64,000 bases of DNA from an uncultured delta proteobacterium (lineage in GTDB: Bacteria > Desulfobacterota > Desulfobacteria > Desulfobacterales > QNYZ01), in contig CAWJQU010000002.1 of the NCBI GenBank assembly GCA_963845145.1, positions 128,001 through 192,000 on the forward strand, written 5' to 3'. Numbering within the stretch: position 1 is the first letter of the stretch; the number at the start of each line of letters is the position of its first letter. The notes below the pieces were generated by a model. It did not search any database. It was not told the origin of the DNA and saw nothing but the letters and a program-made list of their open reading frames with translations. The translations under genes were made by a program, and so were the position numbers. Below are positions 30,342-39,325 of the stretch, one piece after another.

Positions 30342-31412
30342 TTACATTCCCCCCGTCCGTTGCCGTTTCCAGAAAATATAGCAGAACAAAGGGCCGCCGC
30401 CCAAAGCGGTAATCACCCCAATGGGAACTTCATAGGGAAGTACCGCGCGCGTAATGGTATCGGCAGCCAATAGCAAGATGGCCCCAAAAAGCAGTGAAAG
30501 CGGAATCAAGGTGCGATTGTCCGGGCCGGCCAGCATACGCATCATATGGGGCACCAATAGCCCGACGAATCCGATAATTCCGGATACTGCCACACAGATA
30601 GCCGATACCATCGAGGCGCATACCAGCAGAATCAAGCGTACCTTTTGGGTGTCGACGCCTAACGACGCGGCGCTTCTATGCCCCAGGGCCATCAGGTTAA
30701 GGTCGCGGCTCCAATAAATGGTAACGCCCACCGCAAAGCTGACAGCGACACTGAGTAAAGCCACATCTGCCCAGGTTTTGGCGGCAAAGCTACCCATAAT
30801 CCAGAAAATGATCACCGCTACCTGCTCGTCAGCCATAAATTTTACAAAACTTATCCCGGCCGAAAGGATTGAAGCGACAATGATACCTGACAATATTAAA
30901 TTATTATGCGAAAGGCCGCCCGCCGACGAAGAGAGGAATATAACGAAAAAGAGGGTCCCTATCGCGCCGAAAAAGGCAAATAGCGGCACCGATGCCAAGG
31001 ATGCGGTGGCCAGATTCATCAATAGGGCTACTGCCGCCCCAAAGGCGGCCCCCGACGAAACCCCCAACGTATAAGGATCGGCCAATGGATTTAACAAAAT
31101 ACCCTGAAAAACAACACCAGCCATCGCCAGACCGGCGCCAACCAACACCGCACTCAATATACGCGGCAAGCGGACTTCCCAAACGACCGTAGATAAAAGC
31201 GGATCGGTATCCGCGAGCCATTGGGATTGGGCAAAGATCTTGGCCAGAACAATGCGCGCCACATCGCCTGAAGAGATCCGGATATAACCCATACCCATGG
31301 CACTCACCAGAAGGACCGCCAAAGCCAGACACAACAGTGCCCCCCATACCGCCCACCGATGGGGGGAGGCGGTGTAAGTCTGCACATTTTTATCTGTTTC
31401 TGCTTTATTCAT
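30342..31412 (-). CDS. FecCD/BtuC-family ABC permease
   Basis: VRLPRI, NPLADPYTLGVSSGA, GIIGFVGLLVPH, PIGVIT. Confidence 0.92.
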   Translation of the reverse strand: MNKAETDKNVQTYTASPHRWAVWGALLCLALAVLLVSAMGMGYIRISSGDVARIVLAKIFAQSQWLADTDPLLSTVVWEVRLPRILSAVLVGAGLAMAGVVFQGILLNPLADPYTLGVSSGAAFGAAVALLMNLATASLASVPLFAFFGAIGTLFFVIFLSSSAGGLSHNNLILSGIIVASILSAGISFVKFMADEQVAVIIFWIMGSFAAKTWADVALLSVAVSFAVGVTIYWSRDLNLMALGHRSAASLGVDTQKVRLILLVCASMVSAICVAVSGIIGFVGLLVPHMMRMLAGPDNRTLIPLSLLFGAILLLAADTITRAVLPYEVPIGVITALGGGPLFCYIFWKRQRTGGM

Positions 31413-31451
31413 AACCGCTATTCCCACTGACAAGGTCGCCCCTTCAAAAAC

Positions 31452-32444
31452 TTAATGGGCCAACTTTATCCCCGCATCGTGCGCCGCATCTCTAATATGA
31501 TCGACAAAAATCTGCGCGAAAGCGTCATTGGTTCCCAAACCTTCCAGAATGGGAATGACCTCAAACCCGTCTTTGGCCAAAATCGATTTCCACGAATCAT
31601 CTTCACTACCGGCCATATCGTTAACGGCATGATCGCCGGCAACAATCATAAAAGGTTTCAACACAACTTTGCCGCCTTTAAAGTGCTTTAAATAGCGCTG
31701 GACATCATCAACCCCCGGATACCCCTCAACCGCACCGATAAAGATCTCCACGCCCGGATAGAGTTCACGCATCATTTTGGCTGCTTCACCGTAAATACCC
31801 GTGGACCAATAATCGTTGCCATGGGCCATATAGACCAGTTTGGCATTATTTTTTCGGGCCAGTTCAACATCTAAGGCCAGCGTCTCGAGGCTTTTTTTAA
31901 GATCTTCGCGATAGTCATAATGGACACCCATCATGCCAAGCGCCGGTCGCCCAAGTGCTATTTTTTGAAAAGGCATCCATCGCTTCTTAGTGGTGCGGAT
32001 GGATCGCATGGCGTCCACATACGAGGCCAGATCGTCAGATTGCTCCATGTAAAAAATATGCGTGGGCTGCACAACAATTTGGTTGAACCCTTCTTCCCGA
32101 AGTTCGCCGAAAGTGGAGATGATATTTTTCACATAAAGGACTTCTTTGGGGATGCCCATATCAAGCCATTTTTGGGCGTCGGCCTGCCGTTTTTTCCAAA
32201 CGCTCCGAATAATATTGGATGTAAACGTTATTTTAACCGGAATACCGGGATAGGCGGCTTTAATTTCGTCGTGAATGTTGATAATCGATTTGACGGCTTC
32301 GGGCACGGTTGTCCCAAAACTGGCCAGTATAATAGCCGGCTTGGGGTCTGCTACTTTTCCACCGCTACCGGCATGAATGGTGACAGGTGAAACGCAAAAA
32401 ACGGCGCTAAATACAACAAGTAACAATGCTATTTTTTTTATCAT
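31452..32444 (-). CDS. cbiK: Sirohydrochlorin cobaltochelatase CbiK, exported (CbiKp-like)
   Basis: Signal peptide; ASFGTT, QPTHI, MAHGN, PFMIVAGDHAVND, EGLG. Confidence 0.9.
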   Translation of the reverse strand: MIKKIALLLVVFSAVFCVSPVTIHAGSGGKVADPKPAIILASFGTTVPEAVKSIINIHDEIKAAYPGIPVKITFTSNIIRSVWKKRQADAQKWLDMGIPKEVLYVKNIISTFGELREEGFNQIVVQPTHIFYMEQSDDLASYVDAMRSIRTTKKRWMPFQKIALGRPALGMMGVHYDYREDLKKSLETLALDVELARKNNAKLVYMAHGNDYWSTGIYGEAAKMMRELYPGVEIFIGAVEGYPGVDDVQRYLKHFKGGKVVLKPFMIVAGDHAVNDMAGSEDDSWKSILAKDGFEVIPILEGLGTNDAFAQIFVDHIRDAAHDAGIKLAH

Positions 32445-32594
32445 TTGGTAATCCTTTGTTTTAGATTGAAAATGAGTCCAAAAAGTAGATCAAGCATAGT
32501 CATGTTACCAGTCAAGTGATTGTATCCATAGCCAATATCCTCCTTTCTCCTTGTGGTTTGATTCCCACATGGAGGCATCGGAAGCCCTAAAAAC

Positions 32595-32628
32595 AAAAAA
32601 ACCCTTCGTGCATATTGCACGAAGGGTT
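32595..32628 (-). terminator. Intrinsic terminator in the cob leader (riboswitch expression platform)
   Basis: aacccttcgtgca / tgcacgaagggtt stem followed by a T-tract on the minus strand. Confidence 0.85.
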
Positions 32629-32759
32629 GCACCCTGTTTCTTAGCCCTTCCGATAGCGCGCCATAGTGGTTTTCCATCGCAACGTATGGCAACAAGCGTT
32701 TTTGGAACGCCACCCGATTAAGCAACCAGGTATGGCGATTCCAAAAGACTTGGCAACAC

Positions 32760-32925
32760 TCCGGAAAGGTCTTCTGACTCTCGGATCATCCTACTAACCG
32801 CGCCTTCCCAGCCCATTATACTGGACCAGTGACTCGATGCGGTGTTCGTCCCCGATTACAGCGGCGGGACCGTCCCCGATTCTAACGGGATTCCCTTTTC
32901 CGAAGTTCCCCTTAAGTTGAATTAT
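32760..32925 (-). ncRNA. Cobalamin riboswitch aptamer
   Basis: Minus strand: aaaagggaatcccgttagaatcggggacggtcccgccgctgtaa...gtcactgg...ctgggaaggc...gagtcagaagacct (B12 box); upstream of the cob operon. Confidence 0.93.
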
Positions 32926-33198
32926 CTTTTTCCGGTTGTCAATAACTATTTATTTATAAGTTGAGCGGTTTTTTTGGAAGGTATGTGCCAATATAGGGTA
33001 GGCCGTCACGGACGCCCCAACGTCGTCGAACGCATGACAAATGGGTTAGAAAAAACAGAATATTGCTCACTCGAACAGAGGATATTGGAATCCCGGACAG
33101 GTAAAGTTAAAAATATTTCTGGTAAAATCATATTATATGTTGACACGCCAAATTGGATTCTGATAAATTTTATACCTTTGTATGGGCAATAAAAACGC

Positions 33199-33475
33199 AT
33201 GCGATTCGATTATAAAAAAAATCGGGTCTGGGCTGAAAATTTATCCATTGTCATGCAGTTGGGCCTCACGATGGCCGGCTGCATTGTACTTTGTTTTTTT
33301 ATCGGCCGATTCTTGGATCAACTGGTTGGGGACAAAAGGTATTTTTATTACCATTTTTACCCTTTTCGGTGTTATCGGTGGCGCCAATGTCGCTTACCGG
33401 CAAATTATTGAATTAACGACCGATCCGGGTAAAACAAAAAAACCGACTGATCGTGATATTGATGGAAGAGATTAA
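33199..33475 (+). pseudogene. atpZ: AtpZ/ATPase gene 1 family protein, split by one extra base near 33319-33321 (may be an assembly error)
   Basis: MRFDYKK...QLGLTMAGCIVLCFFIGRFLD continues in another frame as WLGTKGIFITIFTLFGVIGG. Confidence 0.75.
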
Positions 33476-33845
33476 AGAGACACAAAAAAAATATGGTAGC
33501 CGGGCAATGTTCGTGGCAATCGTGGTCGCGATGGCCCTGATCGTTATCGGTGAAAAAGCCGCCGGAAAAGGGCTCGTCTTGGGCGCGCTTTTCAGCGTTA
33601 TCAATTTTGTGCTCATGGGCCAAACCATTCCCCAGGCTTTGGGACGGGGCAAGCGGGCCTCCATACTCATCTCACTGGCATCGCTTGTCTTACGATATGC
33701 AATCCTGGCCATTCCCTTGATTGCGGCGATTAAATTCGATCAGGTTAGTCTGATTACCGTCATCATCGGCCTCTTTGCGATTCAGCTGGTGATTCTCTGG
33801 GATCATATCCACCTTTCATTGACACAAAAACACGCATCCTCATAA
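33462..33845 (+). CDS. atpI: ATP synthase protein I
   Basis: Four TM segments; GLVLGALFSVINF and LRY; immediately upstream of atpB. Confidence 0.8.
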   Translation: MEEIKETQKKYGSRAMFVAIVVAMALIVIGEKAAGKGLVLGALFSVINFVLMGQTIPQALGRGKRASILISLASLVLRYAILAIPLIAAIKFDQVSLITVIIGLFAIQLVILWDHIHLSLTQKHASS

Positions 33846-33852
33846 GGCCAAT

Positions 33853-34527
33853 ATGGGCGAACTCGGTAAAATACATCAACTGCTTATTCCCATCGGGGAT
33901 TACCGCATCACCTTAAATCTTGAAGTCATCCTCATGACCTGGATCGTTATCGCGATCCTGCTGCTCTTCGGGTATCTGACAAGCCGCAACCGAGGCCGCG
34001 TGCCGCGACCGTTCCAGGTTGTCGGTGAACTTTTTGTGGCTCAATTTTATGGACTGACCGAAGATGCGCTCGATAAGAAAATGGCGAGAACTTACGGACC
34101 GCTGATTTGTGCGCTGTTTTTGTTTATGCTTTTGTCCAACTGGCTCGGAATCATCCCCCATCTTGAAGAGCCCACCAAGGATCTGAACACGCCGCTGAGC
34201 CTGGGCCTCATGGGTTTTATCATCGCCCACTATGCGGGAATCAAATCCAAGGGCTTCAAGGCCTATGCCAATGAGTATTTTCAGCCCATGTTTTTCATGA
34301 TGCCCCTGAATGTGATCGGTGAGTTGGCCAAAATCGTGTCGATCTCCTTTCGGCTTTTCGGAAATATCATGGGCGGCTCCATCATCATCCTGGTGGTGTC
34401 CCACTTGACCTACAGCATCGTATTGCCACCGTTGCTCAATGCATTTTTCGGACTATTTGTGGGTACGATTCAGGCCTTTGTGTTTACCATGCTGACGGTC
34501 GTCTATATTTCGGTGCAGGTAAAATAA
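33853..34527 (+). CDS. atpB: ATP synthase Fo subunit a (short, 224 aa)
   Basis: PTKDLNT, SFRLFGNI (essential Arg), IQAFVFTMLT. Confidence 0.95.
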   Translation: MGELGKIHQLLIPIGDYRITLNLEVILMTWIVIAILLLFGYLTSRNRGRVPRPFQVVGELFVAQFYGLTEDALDKKMARTYGPLICALFLFMLLSNWLGIIPHLEEPTKDLNTPLSLGLMGFIIAHYAGIKSKGFKAYANEYFQPMFFMMPLNVIGELAKIVSISFRLFGNIMGGSIIILVVSHLTYSIVLPPLLNAFFGLFVGTIQAFVFTMLTVVYISVQVK

Positions 34528-34530
34528 ATC

Positions 34531-35505
34531 ATGTCCTGGGATACACAAACATTAATTCATTTGGCCGCCTATACCGGTGGCGGGATTGCCATGGGTTTGG
34601 GTGCCATGGGTGCCGCAATCGGCGAAGGGTACACAGCCGCCCAGGCTAACCTGGCGGTGTCGCGCAACCCGGCAATTTCCGGCGACCTGTTCAAAAACAT
34701 GCTCGTCGGTCAAGCGGTGGCTGAATCGGCCTCTATTTTCGCTCTGGTCATTGCGATTCTGTTACTGTTTCTGGATAGCGGTAGCGGCGGATTGATTACC
34801 GCCACCGCGTTGTTGGGGGCCGGGCTCTGCATTGGTTTCGGTGCCATTGGATCCGGAATTGGTTCCGGTTTTCCGGGCGGTCAGGCCTGTCTGGGTATCG
34901 CCCGTCAACCAGCGGTAACATCGCGTATCACCACCAACATGCTTATCGGATCGGCGGTCTGTCAAACCCCGGCCATTTTTTCCATGGTGGTGGCTTTGAT
35001 GTTAATCTTTATGGATTTCAGCCAATCAGCCTTTTATCCAGGATGGGCAGCCTTGATTGGCGCCGGCCTCAGTACCGGCCTGGCGGCCATTGGCTCCGGA
35101 TACGGGGGAGGAATGGCGGCGGGTGCCTGCTGCGAAGGAATCGCCCGTCAGCCGGAATCGGTAGGCAATGCGACCACAACGATGTTGGTGGGTCAGGCCG
35201 TATCGCAGACGCCATCAATTTTCGGCCTGCTGGTGAGCTTTATTTTAATGTTTAAAACCTTTCCCGAATCCCCGGCCCTAAGTGCATCCATGGCTTTATT
35301 GGGGGCTGGTATCAGCATGGGATTCGGTGGAATCGGACCGGGAATCGGTAATGGCATGGCGGCCGAAGGCGCCGTGCGTTGGGTGTCGCGAAATTTAGAG
35401 CATGCTGGTGATATGATGCGGATCATGCTGGTGGGCCAGGCAGTTTCCCAATCTACGGCCATCTATGCCATGGTGATCAGCTTGGTACTTATCTTTGTGG
35501 TTTAA
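34531..35505 (+). CDS. atpE: ATP synthase Fo subunit c, four fused hairpins with one ion-binding Glu
   Basis: Four c-like units: GQAVAES, GSAVCQT, GQAVSQT, GQAVSQS; loops SRNP, ARQP, ARQP, SRNL. Confidence 0.92.
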   Translation: MSWDTQTLIHLAAYTGGGIAMGLGAMGAAIGEGYTAAQANLAVSRNPAISGDLFKNMLVGQAVAESASIFALVIAILLLFLDSGSGGLITATALLGAGLCIGFGAIGSGIGSGFPGGQACLGIARQPAVTSRITTNMLIGSAVCQTPAIFSMVVALMLIFMDFSQSAFYPGWAALIGAGLSTGLAAIGSGYGGGMAAGACCEGIARQPESVGNATTTMLVGQAVSQTPSIFGLLVSFILMFKTFPESPALSASMALLGAGISMGFGGIGPGIGNGMAAEGAVRWVSRNLEHAGDMMRIMLVGQAVSQSTAIYAMVISLVLIFVV

Positions 35506-35528
35506 TTTGAATTAAAGGAGACGATATT

Positions 35529-35777
35529 ATGGCAATCGAAGGTGCAGACTTGGTAAAAGCTGCCGCGTTTTTAGGTGCAGGATTATCCATGGGCCTGGGC
35601 GCTATCGGACCCGGCGTTGGTGAAGGCATGGTCGCGGCGAAAGCCTGCGAGGCAATCGGCAAGAATCCCAAGGAAGCCGGTCTGTTGACACGAACCATGT
35701 TGGTGGGTCAGGCCGTATCCGAATCGACCGGAATCTACTCCTTGGTTATCGCCCTGTTGCTGTTATTCGTGGTTTAA
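35529..35777 (+). CDS. atpE: ATP synthase Fo subunit c, Na+-binding type
   Basis: GPGVGEG and GQAVSESTGIY Na+ signature; AAAGGAG RBS. Confidence 0.95.
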   Translation: MAIEGADLVKAAAFLGAGLSMGLGAIGPGVGEGMVAAKACEAIGKNPKEAGLLTRTMLVGQAVSESTGIYSLVIALLLLFVV

Positions 35778-35798
35778 CATTTAAGCGGGTAAAGCCAC

Positions 35799-36251
35799 AT
35801 GGAGATTATCACTACCATAGCGCTCATAACCATTAATGAGACGATGGTCGTTCAGGCGATCTCTTTTCTGATTTTTCTATTTATCTTGAATCGAGTGATG
35901 ATCGCCCCCTTGCGTGCGGCCATAGACGACAGAACCAATTATATTGAAAAAGCACGGACAGAGACCCTTGCGGCCAAACAGAAATTGGATGACCTGACCG
36001 ATCAAATCTCGAATCAGGAAAGGTCCGCTAAAAATGAGGCTTTTGAAGTGAGCCGCAAAACGGAGGCGGCGGGAGGAAAAGCGGCCGCCGACATCATTTC
36101 AGAAACCCGTGAAATCATCTCTGCCCAAAGGAAAAAAGCCCAGCGGGAAATGGATGATCAGATTGCGGCCGCCAGGCAGTCCATTCAAAACGAGGCGGAA
36201 ATGTTGTCTACCAAGGTCATGGAGAAAATCTTAAGTCGGGAGTTGGGATAA
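35799..36251 (+). CDS. ATP synthase Fo subunit b'
   Basis: INETMVVQAISFLIFLFILNRVMIAP N-terminal anchor plus coiled coil. Confidence 0.85.
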   Translation: MEIITTIALITINETMVVQAISFLIFLFILNRVMIAPLRAAIDDRTNYIEKARTETLAAKQKLDDLTDQISNQERSAKNEAFEVSRKTEAAGGKAAADIISETREIISAQRKKAQREMDDQIAAARQSIQNEAEMLSTKVMEKILSRELG

Positions 36252-36850
36252 TGACGACCGCTCAATGTCTACATTTGGGCCGGACTTTGGTTTGCCGGTG
36301 GCTGCCCTGCACTCTCATTACCTTTTACCTGTTGGTCGACCCTGCCTTTGCCGCTGAAGAAACGTCAGCTTGGCGATCCACCTACGATGAGGTGATGCGA
36401 TGGGTTAATTTCGCCATTTTTGTTCTGGTCATCGTTAAATATGCCCGCAAACCTCTGGTCGACTTTCTAAACGGCCGGAAAGAAGAAGTGTCCGAAGAGA
36501 TCGAGCAGGTGGAATCCCAAAAACGCCAGGCCGAAGAGGCGGTTGAAAAAGTCGCTGCACAACTTGACCAAAGCAGCCTGCGATTGGAAGAAATCAAGGC
36601 TCGGATTGTGAACCAGGGTGAAAATCGCAAAGCCCAGATTATCGCCGACGCTCAGGCCGAAAGCGAAATAATACTCACAGCGTCCAAAGGGAAGATCAAG
36701 GGACAAATCGCCAATGCCCGCCATCGCCTGCGCGCCGAAATGATCGATAAAGCCATCGAACTGGCCTTAAAACGCCTGCCGCAAGAAATAACGGCTTCGG
36801 ACAGCGCTCAAATGGTCAACGACTACCTGAAACAGGCTTTGCCCGAATAG
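36251..36850 (+). CDS. atpF: ATP synthase Fo subunit b
   Basis: WVNFAIFVLVIVKYARKP anchor plus coiled coil. Confidence 0.87.
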   Translation: MTTAQCLHLGRTLVCRWLPCTLITFYLLVDPAFAAEETSAWRSTYDEVMRWVNFAIFVLVIVKYARKPLVDFLNGRKEEVSEEIEQVESQKRQAEEAVEKVAAQLDQSSLRLEEIKARIVNQGENRKAQIIADAQAESEIILTASKGKIKGQIANARHRLRAEMIDKAIELALKRLPQEITASDSAQMVNDYLKQALPE

Positions 36851-36855
36851 CGTCT

Positions 36856-38505
36856 TCAGCCACCCAACCGATCCAATCCACTCTTTAAGGATACCCATGG
36901 AACCGCTACAGCTGCGGTCACCATACCCGCAATGGAAGCACCCATCAGCCATTGATCCCCAGCGGAAAGGCTAAAACCGGTCATCCAGGCCCGCACGAGT
37001 CGATACGTTGGAAAACTTCCCAGTGCAATCACAACCAGGGTAACGCTCATGGCGGTGAATAAAAAGGCAATGGCGCCGACACCACCCAAAGCTGCGGCGC
37101 GATTTTCAGTTTTAAAATCTGCGTACCGCGCACCATATCCCAGGGCCGTTCCCACGACGCTCCAAGTTATCAGTAACCCGGTGAAAAGTGAAATCCACCA
37201 CATGGGGCCATCGATCTCCAACAGATGATTCCCCGCCAGCAACAGAATAAGCATGATCAAAGTGAAGGGAATGACGTAGAAAAGGTATTTGTATAGAAGA
37301 TACCGACTCAAAGAGAGCGGTGAGGTGCGCAACACGTTGAAGGCCTCTTGTTCCATACTGATTGCCGGATAGACAAAACGCGCGCATAGCGACACCACCA
37401 AAAATCCGGCCAGGGCGATATTGGCGTACCCGATAATATTGGCTAAATGCACCGTGGACATTGGCGCCCGGTCAAGGGGCAGCACTTTAAAATTATAAAG
37501 ATAAACGAGGACCAATGCGCCGATCATGAACAATTGGGACCATTCCGAGGCGTCGCGCAAGAAAACCTTGGCCTCCTTGCGAAAGAACCACCCCATGCCG
37601 GATCTGCGATAAACGCGGGGTTTAAAGGTCCGCAACCCACCGAAAGATTCCTGGGCCTTAGAATAACCCTTGAAAAATAACCGCTTCATCAACACTTCGC
37701 CAAAAAAGAAGATCACCAGGGGCGTCAAACAAAACAACGCCACCAGCAGCCAATCAATCTCTTTAAATTGCAGGTAGGCGCTCAGCGATTGGGCTGCCCA
37801 ACCGGCCGGAAACAGCGGGGCTGTTGGTGTCGACAGGGCGGAAAGATACTCGATAAAATCGGGAAAACGATCCGGATCGGCAAGTTCTTCGGGTCTCAAC
37901 AACCGAATGAACAGATAAAGCAGGATGCCCCCCAATAAAGACAAATAGACGACGATATCCCGTGTGCGTCGGACCGGAAACAAATTCACCAAAACGAGCA
38001 TTGCCGCCAGGGCCACGCCCGTAGCGAGTGCAGCGGTGGCCACCAAGGTTAAGAGCATCAACGGCCAATAGGCCCAGCCTGCGCCAAAGACATACCCATA
38101 CGCACCGAAAACCGGAATGGAAAAAACAATCACCATCCAGGATGTATAAAGAAAAGTCGTCACATAGCGCATAAAATAGAGCTGATCCGGGCGAATGGGG
38201 GCCGCAAAGACAATTTCATTATCCCGCGATAGAAAAAGGGTCGAAATACCTGAGACCATGCCGGAAAAGATCAGCAGGGCGAAAATGATCATCCAGGCCA
38301 TTTCAAATATTTTAAGGCTGAGAATAATACCCAGCTCGTTCTGACTGTGAAAATAGCCGATGACCCGAATGCTGGTGGCATAGATGACGCCAGCGATGAT
38401 GATGCCGAACAAAGCCAGCCCGAAGGTTCGCAACTTGGCGCGGCGATTTCCCCAAAAACGGTTGGCAAAACCACAGCGAAACGGCCATAGTAGGATCCGT
38501 CTCAC
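36856..38505 (-). CDS. Putative ABC transporter permease
   Basis: Many TM segments; FRKEAKVFLRD and RFVYPAISME; coupled to the ABC ATPase. Confidence 0.8.
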   Translation of the reverse strand: MRRILLWPFRCGFANRFWGNRRAKLRTFGLALFGIIIAGVIYATSIRVIGYFHSQNELGIILSLKIFEMAWMIIFALLIFSGMVSGISTLFLSRDNEIVFAAPIRPDQLYFMRYVTTFLYTSWMVIVFSIPVFGAYGYVFGAGWAYWPLMLLTLVATAALATGVALAAMLVLVNLFPVRRTRDIVVYLSLLGGILLYLFIRLLRPEELADPDRFPDFIEYLSALSTPTAPLFPAGWAAQSLSAYLQFKEIDWLLVALFCLTPLVIFFFGEVLMKRLFFKGYSKAQESFGGLRTFKPRVYRRSGMGWFFRKEAKVFLRDASEWSQLFMIGALVLVYLYNFKVLPLDRAPMSTVHLANIIGYANIALAGFLVVSLCARFVYPAISMEQEAFNVLRTSPLSLSRYLLYKYLFYVIPFTLIMLILLLAGNHLLEIDGPMWWISLFTGLLITWSVVGTALGYGARYADFKTENRAAALGGVGAIAFLFTAMSVTLVVIALGSFPTYRLVRAWMTGFSLSAGDQWLMGASIAGMVTAAVAVPWVSLKSGLDRLGG

Positions 38506-39314
38506 TTTTTTCCCTTTAATGCCCCAACAATCTCTTGCATTTCCCAGGCACCGGTGAGGGTGAGAAAGATCTCTTCCAAATCCAAAGCCCTATCCCCATC
38601 CGAGCCCATATTCAAAGTAGGGTCCGACCCCTTGCCGACCGCTTTTCGCCTTAAGGCCGCCATATCTCCGACGGTGAGCAACCGGCCATCCAAAATAATA
38701 CCGATGCGGTCACAGAGCTCTTCGGCAATCTCCAGCGAGTGGGTCGAAAGAAAAATGGTGATGCCGTTGTCAGCCAGATGTTTGAAAAGTTCTTTGACGA
38801 TGCGCGCGCTTTTGGGATCCAGCCCGACCATGGGCTCGTCCACCACGATCAGCGGCGTTTCGAGCATGAGCATGGAAGTCATGACCAGCTTTTGACGCAT
38901 CCCGTGGGAGAAACCTTCAATCAGGTGGTGGCGCCAATCTGATAGATCAAACAGGGATAGATACTTCTCGGTTTGGCGGTCGAAAGCGTCCGGCGGCAAG
39001 CGATACATATTGGCGATGAATTGCAAATACTCCCAGGCCGTGAGCTTTTCATATAGCCAGGGACGATCGGCAATATAACCGGTGTTTTGTTTGCACACCA
39101 GGGGCTCTTTGGCCAGGTCGCGACCCGTAATGAGAATGCGTCCCACATCCGGCTTGAGCAGGCCGGCCACCATCTTGATCGTCGTGGTTTTCCCGGCGCC
39201 GTTGGGACCGAGAAATCCGAATATTTCGCCTTTTTCCACCACTAGACTGATATCATCAACGGCCGTAAAATTGCCGAACCGTTTGGTCAACCCCTCGATT
39301 TTTAGCGCTTCCAT
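38502..39314 (-). CDS. ABC transporter ATP-binding protein
   Basis: GPNGAGKTT, FSHGMRQ, VDEPMVGLDP, STH. Confidence 0.93.
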   Translation of the reverse strand: MEALKIEGLTKRFGNFTAVDDISLVVEKGEIFGFLGPNGAGKTTTIKMVAGLLKPDVGRILITGRDLAKEPLVCKQNTGYIADRPWLYEKLTAWEYLQFIANMYRLPPDAFDRQTEKYLSLFDLSDWRHHLIEGFSHGMRQKLVMTSMLMLETPLIVVDEPMVGLDPKSARIVKELFKHLADNGITIFLSTHSLEIAEELCDRIGIILDGRLLTVGDMAALRRKAVGKGSDPTLNMGSDGDRALDLEEIFLTLTGAWEMQEIVGALKGKK

Positions 39315-39325
39315 TGCGTCTCTTT

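Noticed and set aside
32441..32725. 94-aa ORF upstream of cbiK
   Set aside because: Spans the riboswitch platform and terminator; no recognisable motifs
34531..35505. Assembly duplication or V-type K subunit as the explanation for the four-hairpin gene
   Set aside because: The four units are clearly diverged from each other, have F-type RQP/RNP loops and sit among F-type a and b genes
33199..36850. N-ATPase operon
   Set aside because: No atpD/C upstream or atpA/G downstream, and two separate b subunits are present
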